Positions 18,179 to 27,013 of a stretch of 41,070 nt of DNA are shown one piece after another. The notes below the pieces were generated by a model that ran no database searches, was not told the DNA's origin, and saw only the letters and a program-made list of their open reading frames with translations. The stretch's first letter is position 1. Each line of letters opens with the position of its first letter. Both the position numbers and the translations under genes were made by a program. Origin of the DNA: Thermoplasmata archaeon (lineage in GTDB: Archaea > Thermoplasmatota > E2 > UBA202 > JdFR-43); the NCBI GenBank assembly GCA_021162815.1, contig JAGGXW010000063.1, positions 1-41,070 of the forward strand, given 5' to 3'.

Positions 18179-18994
18179 TTGGGAATATTTTTATGTGACC
18201 GGTCATATATCCATGTGCCCCATAACAGAAGCAAGGATGAGTTGCATGAGTTCATAAAAAAGTTAGAGAATCAGGCCATTGAAACAGCAGAGGAAAGACA
18301 CCCCATATACATAAAGGCAGGGTTGAAAGATTCTGAGCTTGTACTGGATGTGGGATGTGGCTCAGGAGTTGTAACCAAAGATATTGCCACCCATACCAAT
18401 GGCAGAGTTATAGCCCTTGATGATTCCCCAGACATGCTTGAAATAGCAAAGGAAGTGTTGAAAGGTTATGATGTTGATATCGTTGTTGGAGATGCTCATA
18501 AACTGCCTTTTAAAGATAACACATTTGATGTTGTAATATGCAACCTTTTCCTGATGTGGGTATCAGACCCTCAGAAGGTTGTTAAGGAAATGGCAAGGGT
18601 TACAAAAAAGAGTGGCAGAGTTGTAGCCAGCCTGGAGCCGGATTTTGGAGCAAAAATACACTGGCCCCCTCATCCAGGAGTTGATGAGATATTTGCTGGC
18701 AGAGCAATTAAAAAGAGGGGAGGGGACCCTTACATAGGAAGGAAACTGAGAATGCTGTTTGTTAATGCAGGGCTGAAAACAGAGGTTGGCCTTGGAAATA
18801 AAAGGATATGGAGTTGCGAGGAGGATAAGGCATCCTATCTTCGCTCCCGCACATTTTACTGGAATGTTTTGAGGAGAGAGGGATTGAGTGATGAGGAGAT
18901 AGAGAAATGGGAGAAGAAACATCTTGAGTCTCTTGAAAAGGGCATCCAGTTCAACTTTTTCCCTCAATTCTATGCAATTGGAATTAAAATTTAG
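18179..18994 (+). CDS. Class I SAM-dependent methyltransferase
   Basis: Motif I VLDVGCGSGVVTKDIA, motif II-III ALDDSPDML...GDAHKLPFKDNTFDVVICN. The start is uncertain: TTG 18179 in the track, GTG 18215 also in frame. Confidence 0.75.
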   Translation: MGIFLCDRSYIHVPHNRSKDELHEFIKKLENQAIETAEERHPIYIKAGLKDSELVLDVGCGSGVVTKDIATHTNGRVIALDDSPDMLEIAKEVLKGYDVDIVVGDAHKLPFKDNTFDVVICNLFLMWVSDPQKVVKEMARVTKKSGRVVASLEPDFGAKIHWPPHPGVDEIFAGRAIKKRGGDPYIGRKLRMLFVNAGLKTEVGLGNKRIWSCEEDKASYLRSRTFYWNVLRREGLSDEEIEKWEKKHLESLEKGIQFNFFPQFYAIGIKI

Positions 18995-19013
18995 GCAAAC
19001 CGAAATATTTATA

Positions 19014-21032
19014 ATGATTGGAAATATCTATCCTGATTATATGCAGGGGAGAACAAAAAAGAAGCCTGTTGTGGCATTCATAGGCAATCCCAATGTGGGA
19101 AAAACAGAGCTATTTAATAGATTTACTGGGTTAAAGCAGCATGTCGGTAACTGGCCAGGAGTTACTGTGGAGAAGAAGGTGGGAGAATGCAAGTATCATG
19201 GCGTAGAATTTGAATTAGTTGATCTGCCGGGAATTTACAGTTTAACACCATACGCCATAGATGAACTTATAGCAAGGAATTTTATAGTTGAAGAGAAGCC
19301 CGATGTTGTTGTTGACATCATAAATGCCACAAATCTTGAGAGAAATTTATATTTAACACTTCTTCTCATGGAGGCAGAGGCAAATGTTGTTATTGCCCTA
19401 AATATGTGGGATATTGCCTCAAAAAAAGGCATCAAAATTGATATTAAAAAACTGCAGGAGTTGCTCGGCATTCCTGTTGTTCCTACAGTTGCTGTCACAG
19501 GAGAGGGAATAGAAAAATTGAAGGAAGAAATTGTGAAGGCAATCAAAAAAAGGAATAGAGGGATTATTTACAGTTACGGGAAAGATATAGAGAGGAGAAT
19601 AGATAAAATAAAGAAAGAGATTGCAAAGGATGAAGAACTTGTCAGAAAATATCCCATAAGATGGCTTGCAATAAAAATACTGGAAAGAGATGAGAAAGTA
19701 ATGGAAATTGTTTCTAAAAGCAAATATGCGGATGAGATAATAAAAGCTGCTGGGAATGATGAGATGGATACCCTGCTTGCAGAGAAGAGATATGAAATCA
19801 TATCAAGAATAGTGAAGGAAGTAACAAAAAATGATGAGCAGCCCTGGAGTTTTACAGACATGCTTGATCATGTTTTTCTTCATCCCGTTCTTGGCATACC
19901 AATATTTCTGGCCATGCTATATGCAATATTTCAATTCACTTTTGCATTCTCCGCCCCATTTTCGGATATGATAAACCTGTTTTTTGAATGGCTTGGTGAT
20001 ATTGCTTCCAGCATACCAAATCCAATGATTGCATCAATGCTCTCTGACGGCGTATTCGCAGGCGTCGGTTCTGTTTTAACCTTTGTTCCACCAATATTCT
20101 CCATGTTCTTTGCTCTTGCACTGCTTGAGGATAGCGGATATCTTGCAAGGGCAGCATTTGTTATGGACAGAGTAATGTCAAAGGTTGGGCTACATGGTAA
20201 ATCATTTCTTCCCATGATAATGGGATTTGGCTGCAACATCCCGGGCATACTCGCCTCCCGTTCCATAGAGAATAAGGAGGACAGAATAATAACTGTGATG
20301 ATAAACCCTCTCATGAGCTGCAGCGCCAGGTTGCCAGTGTATGTTCTAATTGCGGGCACAGTATTCAGCGGCGCCGTGGCAGGGGCGGCAGTATTTTCCA
20401 TGTATTTGCTTGGAGTGGCGCTTGCTGTCTTCATGGCTGTTCTGCTGAGGAAACTCCTTTTTAAGGGCAAACCATCTTTGTTTATACTTGAAATGCCAAA
20501 TTATGTTATGCCAAGCATAAGAAAAGCTGCCATTCACATGTGGGAGAATGGCAAGTGGTTCATCGTCAAAGCAGGAACATTCATTTTTGTTGTGGTGCTT
20601 ATAGTATGGGCAATTTCTGTGTTTCCATGGGATGCCACGGATGGAGGAAGGATAATAGAGAATTCCTATGCGGCCATGTTTGGAAGGGCTGTAGAGCCAG
20701 TATTCAAACCATTTGGATGGCCCTGGCAGGCAGGCACGGCTCTCTTCTTCGGATTTCTTGCCAAAGAGGCAATAGTGGGAACATTTGGTGCTTTTCTGGG
20801 CAGTGGTGGCATAAGATATGCTCTTCAGAATGCTGGATGGTTTACTCCTCTGACAGGCTTTGCATACATGGCATTCGTGCTGATATACTTCCCCTGCGCA
20901 GCAACACTGGCTGTTATGCTTAGAGAAATCAAATTAAAATACACCATGATTACTGTTGCATATACAATAACGCTTGCATTTACCGTGGCTGCAATTATTG
21001 AATTTGTTGGCCATTTACTCGGATATACATGA
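19014..21032 (+). CDS. feoB: Ferrous iron transporter FeoB
   Basis: G-domain (VAFIGNPNVGKTELFN, LVDLPGIYSL, ALNMWD) followed by a polytopic membrane domain with the gate motifs. The track's start at 18924 overlaps the upstream gene. ATG 19014 or ATG 19041 are the plausible starts. Confidence 0.9.
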   Translation: MIGNIYPDYMQGRTKKKPVVAFIGNPNVGKTELFNRFTGLKQHVGNWPGVTVEKKVGECKYHGVEFELVDLPGIYSLTPYAIDELIARNFIVEEKPDVVVDIINATNLERNLYLTLLLMEAEANVVIALNMWDIASKKGIKIDIKKLQELLGIPVVPTVAVTGEGIEKLKEEIVKAIKKRNRGIIYSYGKDIERRIDKIKKEIAKDEELVRKYPIRWLAIKILERDEKVMEIVSKSKYADEIIKAAGNDEMDTLLAEKRYEIISRIVKEVTKNDEQPWSFTDMLDHVFLHPVLGIPIFLAMLYAIFQFTFAFSAPFSDMINLFFEWLGDIASSIPNPMIASMLSDGVFAGVGSVLTFVPPIFSMFFALALLEDSGYLARAAFVMDRVMSKVGLHGKSFLPMIMGFGCNIPGILASRSIENKEDRIITVMINPLMSCSARLPVYVLIAGTVFSGAVAGAAVFSMYLLGVALAVFMAVLLRKLLFKGKPSLFILEMPNYVMPSIRKAAIHMWENGKWFIVKAGTFIFVVVLIVWAISVFPWDATDGGRIIENSYAAMFGRAVEPVFKPFGWPWQAGTALFFGFLAKEAIVGTFGAFLGSGGIRYALQNAGWFTPLTGFAYMAFVLIYFPCAATLAVMLREIKLKYTMITVAYTITLAFTVAAIIEFVGHLLGYT

Positions 21033-21036
21033 GGTG

Positions 21037-21435
21037 ATGAAATTGAATATTAAAAAAATTATGTGTACATACGGCATAATTGCGGGCATTGCTTATGCAA
21101 TTGCCGGGGTAATGGAGATAATGGGCATGTGGTACCGCGACATATTTGGAGGTATAGCCCTCCTCATAATCTCCTCAGTATATCTCTCCGCCTTAGGATA
21201 TATGGACAAGGAAAAGGATAAGGCACTTGCGTTTGTTATTGTTGGAGCAATACTATCTTCAATCTTCGGCATACTTTATATCTTGATTCTTTTTGCCAAC
21301 TGGCTTGAATCTTTGATTGGTGAAGCATATAATTTCAATTTGAGGGCGGAGATAGTTCTATTTGTTGCAGTGTTACCATTGCTCTATATGATAAAAAGAG
21401 AGGTGCTGGATAAAGAATCTCAGATATTCCAGTAA
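21037..21435 (+). CDS. Small 4-helix membrane protein, apparently co-transcribed with feoB
   Basis: ATG 21037 lies 5 nt after the feoB stop and is preceded by GAGGTG. 132 aa with four hydrophobic helices. The track's upstream extension lies inside feoB. Confidence 0.55.
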   Translation: MKLNIKKIMCTYGIIAGIAYAIAGVMEIMGMWYRDIFGGIALLIISSVYLSALGYMDKEKDKALAFVIVGAILSSIFGILYILILFANWLESLIGEAYNFNLRAEIVLFVAVLPLLYMIKREVLDKESQIFQ

Positions 21436-22406
21436 TTTTTAAGCAATTCTTTCAATCTTTTCACCACATCATCACATTTGCTACCTGATGCCCTATCATT
21501 GAATTTTAAAGGCTCGCCAAGCATCTGTGATATCTCCTTTGCAACGCCCCTTGCAAGCACCTCTTTAACATAACCTCCTTCAAGAGATGCTATCATTCTC
21601 TTCTGCACTTTTGATAACATTTCAATGATATCTCCATAAAAATCTATACCCAGTTTAAGCCCTCCAAGCATATCTGAATAATGGCTATCAAATCCTGCAG
21701 AGATAATTATGAAATCCGGTTTGAATTCTTCTGCAACTGGAATGAATATCTCCTCCATTAATTTCCTCACACATTCCTCTCCTGCTCCATGTGAGAGAGG
21801 AGCATTTATGGTATATCCTTCTCCATCTCCTCTTCCAATTTCATCAATACCTCCTGTGCCGGGATAATGGGGAGAAAGATGAAAGGACATGTACATCACA
21901 TCATTTCTATCATAAAATATGTCCTGGGTTCCATTTCCATGGTGAACATCATGGTCAAATATCAGCACTTTCTTTCCATTTTCTGCAAGCCAGTTGGCAG
22001 CAATGGCAACATTATTGAAAATGCAGAAGCCCATGGATCTGTTTCTCGTGGCATGATGACCGGGCGGGCGAATAGCAGCAAATCCATTTTTTTCATTTCC
22101 ATCCAAAATTTCCCTGCATGCCTTCAGCAGGCCGCCTGCCGCCAGCAGGGCAACATTGTATGTGTATGAATTTGTGTATGTATCTGGGTCAAGCCAGCCA
22201 ATTCTTTTTGCTCTTTCAATCATATCTTCGGAATGAACTGCGGAAATCACATCAAGTGGTGCATGCTCAGGGGCAATTATATTTAAATTTTCATAGAAAG
22301 GCTGTTCTCGGAGGTATGAGATGATTGCCTTCAATCTCTCCGCATTTTCGGGATGATTATCATTGTTGTGCAGAAGATATTCATCTGAGTAAACCAGCAA
22401 TGTCAT
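21420..22406 (-). CDS. Histone deacetylase-family enzyme (acetoin utilisation / acetylpolyamine amidohydrolase-like)
   Basis: RPPGHHA, FDHDVHHGNGTQDIF, ISAGFDSH and LEGGY motifs of the arginase-fold deacetylase family. Confidence 0.85.
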   Translation of the reverse strand: MTLLVYSDEYLLHNNDNHPENAERLKAIISYLREQPFYENLNIIAPEHAPLDVISAVHSEDMIERAKRIGWLDPDTYTNSYTYNVALLAAGGLLKACREILDGNEKNGFAAIRPPGHHATRNRSMGFCIFNNVAIAANWLAENGKKVLIFDHDVHHGNGTQDIFYDRNDVMYMSFHLSPHYPGTGGIDEIGRGDGEGYTINAPLSHGAGEECVRKLMEEIFIPVAEEFKPDFIIISAGFDSHYSDMLGGLKLGIDFYGDIIEMLSKVQKRMIASLEGGYVKEVLARGVAKEISQMLGEPLKFNDRASGSKCDDVVKRLKELLKNYWNI

Positions 22407-22427
22407 GATTGTAAAGATGGATGGAAT

Positions 22428-22697
22428 TTAATACTTTATTGTAAATCCTTTTTCTCCTTCTGGTTCTTCATATTCTACCTCCACTTTCTCCACTCTTGCC
22501 ATCTCTGGTCCTGAATGACACCATTCTATTAATTTTTCCACAGCCTGTTCATCCCCTTCAAAAACTGCCTCAACACTTCCATCTGGCATATTTCTCACCC
22601 ATCCATTTACACCAAGCTCCTCTGCCTTTTTCTTTGTATTCGCCCTGAACCATACGCCCTGCACCTTTCCATACACCCTGACATGAGCCCTCTTCAT
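22428..22697 (-). CDS. acyP: Acylphosphatase
   Basis: 89 aa. [43 protein letters not shown] is the canonical acylphosphatase signature. Confidence 0.9.
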   Translation of the reverse strand: MKRAHVRVYGKVQGVWFRANTKKKAEELGVNGWVRNMPDGSVEAVFEGDEQAVEKLIEWCHSGPEMARVEKVEVEYEEPEGEKGFTIKY

Positions 22698-22716
22698 GGT
22701 GATATATCTCTAAAAA

Positions 22717-22726
22717 TTTAAATATA
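22717..22726. promoter_or_regulatory. Single central TATA-like element shared by divergent acyP and the 22746 gene
   Basis: TTTAAATATA is centred at 22721.5, exactly midway between ATG 22697 (minus) and ATG 22746 (plus), about 25 nt from each. Confidence 0.4.
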
Positions 22727-22745
22727 ATTGTGTGTAATTAAATAA

Positions 22746-23471
22746 ATGATTGGCATCCTCACAAAAAATTTCGCACTTTATCATGATATAATTACGGTAA
22801 TGAGGAGGAGGGCGATACCCTTTATTTCACTAACCTTCAATATGGAAATACCATCAAATGTTGATATAATAATAACCTCATGCGGAGAGGGAAGAAAAAT
22901 AAATTTTGCAAAAATAATGGAATGCTGCGAGAATGACATTGAACTGTTTATCGATAAAGTACTGCTGTATCAGATGAATGGAAGAAAAATAACATTTGGA
23001 ATAGACCCCGGAAAAAATATTGGTGTGGCATTATTTTCAGATGGGAAACCAATAAGAAGTTTTGTTTTATCTTCTCCTGAAACTGTGGCAGATTATATTA
23101 TGAAGTTTATGGATGTTGTGGATGTTGACAAGACGGTGGTTAAAATAGGAAATGGAGCCAGATTGGTGAGAAACAGAATAATAAATCTCCTTGTAAATTC
23201 ACCAGTAAAAATAGAGATGATCGATGAGAGTGTAATAGCAGGAATGGAGGATGATGAATCTGCGGCAATTTTAATAGCCATGGCAGATGGGAGAGAGGTG
23301 AAGAACATCATGCCGGTAAAAGCAAAGGATGGAGAAATAAAGGAGATGCAGAGACTGAGCAGGATAAGGAGTGGAAATATCACCATATCCAGAGGACTGG
23401 CAAAGAATGTTCTGGAAGGAAAAATGAATCTTGATGAAGCTATAGAAAAACAGAGGAAAAATCAGGAATAA
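22746..23471 (+). CDS. Hypothetical protein with an RNase H-fold (RuvC/YqgF-like) signature
   Basis: 241 aa. ITFGIDPGKNIGVALFSDG...VKIGNG...IEMIDES resembles the acidic-residue pattern of RuvC/YqgF-type nucleases. C-terminal charged helical tail. The assignment is tentative. Confidence 0.4.
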   Translation: MIGILTKNFALYHDIITVMRRRAIPFISLTFNMEIPSNVDIIITSCGEGRKINFAKIMECCENDIELFIDKVLLYQMNGRKITFGIDPGKNIGVALFSDGKPIRSFVLSSPETVADYIMKFMDVVDVDKTVVKIGNGARLVRNRIINLLVNSPVKIEMIDESVIAGMEDDESAAILIAMADGREVKNIMPVKAKDGEIKEMQRLSRIRSGNITISRGLAKNVLEGKMNLDEAIEKQRKNQE

Positions 23472-23887
23472 CTCCAGTTCTCAGGTAGTTTTCTCTCTCT
23501 CTTGTAATATTTTACAAGTCTCTTTATTTTTGCCTCAATGAGTTGCAATCTTCTTCTATTATGTATGTCCTTGGGATGTTTTGAAAGATGTTTCATAAGG
23601 TTATTTCTTTTATCCATCAAATTACTCAGGTCTTCAGGTATTTCTGGCTTGAGTCCATGTTCTTCAAGCACTTTTGTCAATTTTTTTCCAAGAGCTGCCT
23701 TGACATCCGGTACGCCATACACGTCTCTCAATATCAGTCCTATCATGGCTGGTGGTTTGCCCTCCTCCGCCAGTTCAATTATTTTTTTCTCTATTTCATC
23801 CTGTTTCAGACTCCATGAAGGATGGACTCTTTCCACAGGATGGTGTGATGATGATCTGCCTTTTCTCCTTGCATGCATTCGTGCCAT
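23462..23887 (-). CDS. rps15: 30S ribosomal protein S15 (uS15, archaeal S15P/S13e type)
   Basis: MARMHARRKGRSSSHHP N-terminus and the C-terminal S15 helical domain (HLSKHPKDIHNRRRLQLIEAKIKRLVKYY). Confidence 0.9.
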   Translation of the reverse strand: MARMHARRKGRSSSHHPVERVHPSWSLKQDEIEKKIIELAEEGKPPAMIGLILRDVYGVPDVKAALGKKLTKVLEEHGLKPEIPEDLSNLMDKRNNLMKHLSKHPKDIHNRRRLQLIEAKIKRLVKYYKRERKLPENWSYS

Positions 23888-23902
23888 TGTTCTGGAAATA
23901 AC

Positions 23903-23918
23903 TTTTAATATATAAATT
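23903..23918. promoter_or_regulatory. Central AT-rich quasi-palindromic TATA-like element shared by divergent rps15 and the pyrK-like gene
   Basis: TTTTAATATATAAATT lies in the middle of the 44-nt gap between ATG 23887 (minus) and ATG 23932 (plus); the midpoint is 23909.5. Confidence 0.35.
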
Positions 23919-23931
23919 AATTGCTGTAATA

Positions 23932-24690
23932 ATGAAAATCTGCAGAGTTGAAGATACCATTACCCACAATGAAATCCACAAAACCATATTTTTTGATTGT
24001 TATATCAATGCCAAGCCAGGGCAATTTATCATGATATGGCTGCCGGGAATAGATGAAATACCAATGTCCCTTAGTCATATTGGCAGCAATGCTGGAATAA
24101 CTGTAAAAATTGTGGGAGATGCCACAAAAGCACTATATGATTTAAATGTAGGGGATAAAATTGGTATCAGGGGACCATATGGGAATGGTTATGAGATTGC
24201 TGGGAAAAAAGCTCTTTTTGTCTCTGGAGGCATAGGAATAGCATCTCTTTTACCTTTAATAAAGATGTATAAAGGAGAAAAAAAAGTTATACTGGCTGGA
24301 AGAAATGAAAAGATGATACTTTTTGCAGATGAAATATCGAAAATAGCTGAGGTGGAAATCGCAACCGATGATGGGAGCATTGGTTTCAAAGGATTTGCCA
24401 CAGAACTCATGGAAAAAATTGTTGATGAGGAGAAATTTGATATTGTGTATACATGTGGGCCTGAAAAAATGATGAGAAAAGTGCTGGATATGTGCATAAA
24501 AAACAGAATAAAAATGCAGGCAAGTCTGGAAAGATATATGAAATGTGGAATAGGCATATGCGGCTCTTGTGGCATTGGAAAATATCTGGTATGCAGAGAT
24601 GGACCTGTTTTTAATGATTTATTGCTGAAGGAAATACCTGAGTTTGGAGCATTTACTCGTCTTCCGTCAGGAAGAAAGATCAGGATTTAA
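23932..24690 (+). CDS. pyrK: Dihydroorotate dehydrogenase electron-transfer subunit-like FAD/NAD(P)/[2Fe-2S] protein
   Basis: Ferredoxin-reductase-like fold (PGQFIMIWLPG, LFVSGGIGIASLLP) and the C-terminal cluster motif CGIGICGSCGIGKYLVCRDGPVF. No pyrD is adjacent, so a related role (for example sulfhydrogenase or GltD-partner type) cannot be excluded. Confidence 0.7.
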   Translation: MKICRVEDTITHNEIHKTIFFDCYINAKPGQFIMIWLPGIDEIPMSLSHIGSNAGITVKIVGDATKALYDLNVGDKIGIRGPYGNGYEIAGKKALFVSGGIGIASLLPLIKMYKGEKKVILAGRNEKMILFADEISKIAEVEIATDDGSIGFKGFATELMEKIVDEEKFDIVYTCGPEKMMRKVLDMCIKNRIKMQASLERYMKCGIGICGSCGIGKYLVCRDGPVFNDLLLKEIPEFGAFTRLPSGRKIRI

Positions 24691-25534
24691 TGAGTTCTCT
24701 AAGAAAATCTTTGAGGGTTGTAAATTCCTCTCTCTTCAGTGCCATCTCCACATTTATTTTTATCCAGTCAAGTTTGTTACCCAGATCATACCTCTTTCCG
24801 TCAAATTCATATGCATATATCTCTTCCTCTTGCAGCATCTCATTCAATGCATCAGTAAGCTGTATCTCCTCATTTTTCCCTGGTTTGGCTCTGCCCAGAT
24901 ATTCAAAAAGTTTAGGCATTAGCACATACCGCCCCATTACTGCCATATCAGATGGAGCTTCATCAGGAGATGGCTTCTCCACCAGCTCCTCTATCCTGTA
25001 CAGATTTTCATCTATCTTACTATACTTAATTATTCCGTACTTGGATACATCTTCTTTACTAACTCTCTTTACTCCTATAATACTGGCATTCACCTTCTTG
25101 TGAACTTCAATTAGCTGGGCTATACATGGCTTTTCCGAAATTATTATATCATCACCCAGCAAAACAGCAAATGCCTCATCATGTATATGCTTTCTTGCCA
25201 CATATATTGCATGCCCCAAGCCAAGAGGTTCTTTCTGTCTTATGTAATATATGTCAGCCAGTTCCGCTATTCTTCTAACCTCTTTCAGCATCTCATATTT
25301 ATTTCTTTTCTCCAGTATCTTCTCGAGTTCATATGCCACATCAAAATGATTTTCAATAACTTCCTTTCCCCTGCCCGTCACAATAACTATATCATTTATT
25401 CCCGAATTCACAGCTTCCTCCACCACATATTGAATGGCTGGTTTATCCACAACCGGGAGCATCTCCTTCGGGCTATTCTTTGTCATGGGTAGAAATCTCG
25501 TTCCCAAGCCTGCTGCGGGTATTATTGCCTTCAT
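24680..25534 (-). CDS. galU: UTP--glucose-1-phosphate uridylyltransferase
   Basis: MKAIIPAAGLGTRFLPMTKNSPKEMLPVVDKPAIQYVVEEA and VLLGDD motifs. Confidence 0.9.
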   Translation of the reverse strand: MKAIIPAAGLGTRFLPMTKNSPKEMLPVVDKPAIQYVVEEAVNSGINDIVIVTGRGKEVIENHFDVAYELEKILEKRNKYEMLKEVRRIAELADIYYIRQKEPLGLGHAIYVARKHIHDEAFAVLLGDDIIISEKPCIAQLIEVHKKVNASIIGVKRVSKEDVSKYGIIKYSKIDENLYRIEELVEKPSPDEAPSDMAVMGRYVLMPKLFEYLGRAKPGKNEEIQLTDALNEMLQEEEIYAYEFDGKRYDLGNKLDWIKINVEMALKREEFTTLKDFLRELIKS

Positions 25535-25570
25535 TTATCTTGTATGAAAAGATGAAATATTATCTTTTCT

Positions 25571-27013
25571 CTATATTATCCTGCTTCCCTTTATGAGTGC
25601 CCTTATGAAAACGAGGATTGGTATAATCTCCAGTCTTCCTATCCACATGTTTATTATAAGCATTATCTTTGCTGCTGCATTCATTTTAATGGAGGTTATC
25701 CCCACACTCAACCCCACATTTCCCTGAGCAGAAGCAACCTCAAAAAAAGAATCTGCAAGATTTGTGTGCATGGTCTGCATTATAACAAATATCCCCACTA
25801 TCAAAAGAATCATCCATAAAAATGATACTATCGCAGCCTCACTTATTTCCTCTATCGCCTCATTCCTTCCAAGCACTTTGCTTCCTAACTTATATGGAAA
25901 TGTGCTGTTTGGCGGCAGGAAAACCCTTCTTATTTTCCAGGCAACCCCTTTTGAAAGCAGAATCAGACGAAATAGCTTTATTCCTCCTGCTGTGCTGCCT
26001 GCCGCGCCGCCCACTATCATGGCGAGGGAAATGAGAAACTTTGATTCATCGCCCCATATTGCGATATTTGTAGTGGAGAAACCCGTGCATGTTAAGGCGG
26101 AAATAAACTGGAATGATGAGTATTTGAAGGAGCGAATGAAATCACCATATATGTCTGTATTTAGCCATGAGAGAAGGATGGCCCCAACTATGATTAGCAC
26201 TATAAGTGTAACGGTCTGCACATCAGAGAAGAATTTTTTCAGATTTCCTTTTAGAAACTCATAATGGGTTGAGAATGCAATGGCACCTGCTATCATTAAT
26301 GGCACCATTATGATCTGTGTCATTGTGGAATATGACGCCATGCTATCATCCGTTATGGAGAACCCTCCTGTTGCGAGGCCAGTCATACAGTGATTTATTG
26401 CTGCCCATATGGGCATTCCAGATAGATAAAGAGCCAGTATTCCTATACCAGTATAAAGCAGAAATATCCACCATATTGTTTTTACCGTGGAGATTACACT
26501 TGGGTGTATTTTATCTTCTCTTGCCTCAGATCTATATAGAGTGAAGCTCCCTGTTCCGGGTCTGGCAAGAACAATGAGGGTGAGGACAATAACTCCTACG
26601 CCCCCTATCCATTGAATAAAGCTTCTCCAGAACTGGATGGTATGAGTGAGTTTACTTGGAGATGATATCATCGTTAGCCCCGTCCCTGTCCATCCTGCAA
26701 CAGATTCAAAAAAACTTGATAGAAAATCAAGATGGGTTATATAATAAAATGGTATGGCAGAAATTAAGGATATGATGAGCCATGCAAAGGCTGCGGTAAT
26801 CATCGCATGCCTTATTTTCGTTTCATCGTTTGTTTTTCCAATCAGATTGAATAACGCCCCAACTGCCATGAATATTACTGAGGTTATGGCAATCCATTCC
26901 ATAGCATTTCTCTCTCCGTAAACAACGGGCACTATAGCTACAACTAAGGTTATTATTCCCACCGCAACAAGAACCGCACCAGTATCCCTCAGTATAATTT
27001 TCAGATCATTCAT
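25571..27013 (-). CDS. trkH: Trk/Ktr-type potassium uptake membrane subunit
   Basis: 480-aa polytopic protein with repeated pore-loop-like GTGL/GGFS/CTGF/GNVG segments. Its ATG overlaps the trkA stop (TAATG at 27011-27015). Confidence 0.85.
   Translation of the reverse strand: MNDLKIILRDTGAVLVAVGIITLVVAIVPVVYGERNAMEWIAITSVIFMAVGALFNLIGKTNDETKIRHAMITAAFAWLIISLISAIPFYYITHLDFLSSFFESVAGWTGTGLTMISSPSKLTHTIQFWRSFIQWIGGVGVIVLTLIVLARPGTGSFTLYRSEAREDKIHPSVISTVKTIWWIFLLYTGIGILALYLSGMPIWAAINHCMTGLATGGFSITDDSMASYSTMTQIIMVPLMIAGAIAFSTHYEFLKGNLKKFFSDVQTVTLIVLIIVGAILLSWLNTDIYGDFIRSFKYSSFQFISALTCTGFSTTNIAIWGDESKFLISLAMIVGGAAGSTAGGIKLFRLILLSKGVAWKIRRVFLPPNSTFPYKLGSKVLGRNEAIEEISEAAIVSFLWMILLIVGIFVIMQTMHTNLADSFFEVASAQGNVGLSVGITSIKMNAAAKIMLIINMWIGRLEIIPILVFIRALIKGSRII

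Noticed and set aside
18924-19013. N-terminal extension of feoB overlapping the end of the methyltransferase gene.
   Set aside because: The FeoB G-domain starts about 10-20 residues before GNPNVGKT. ATG 19014 or 19041 fit, and the extension overlaps the upstream CDS by 71 nt.
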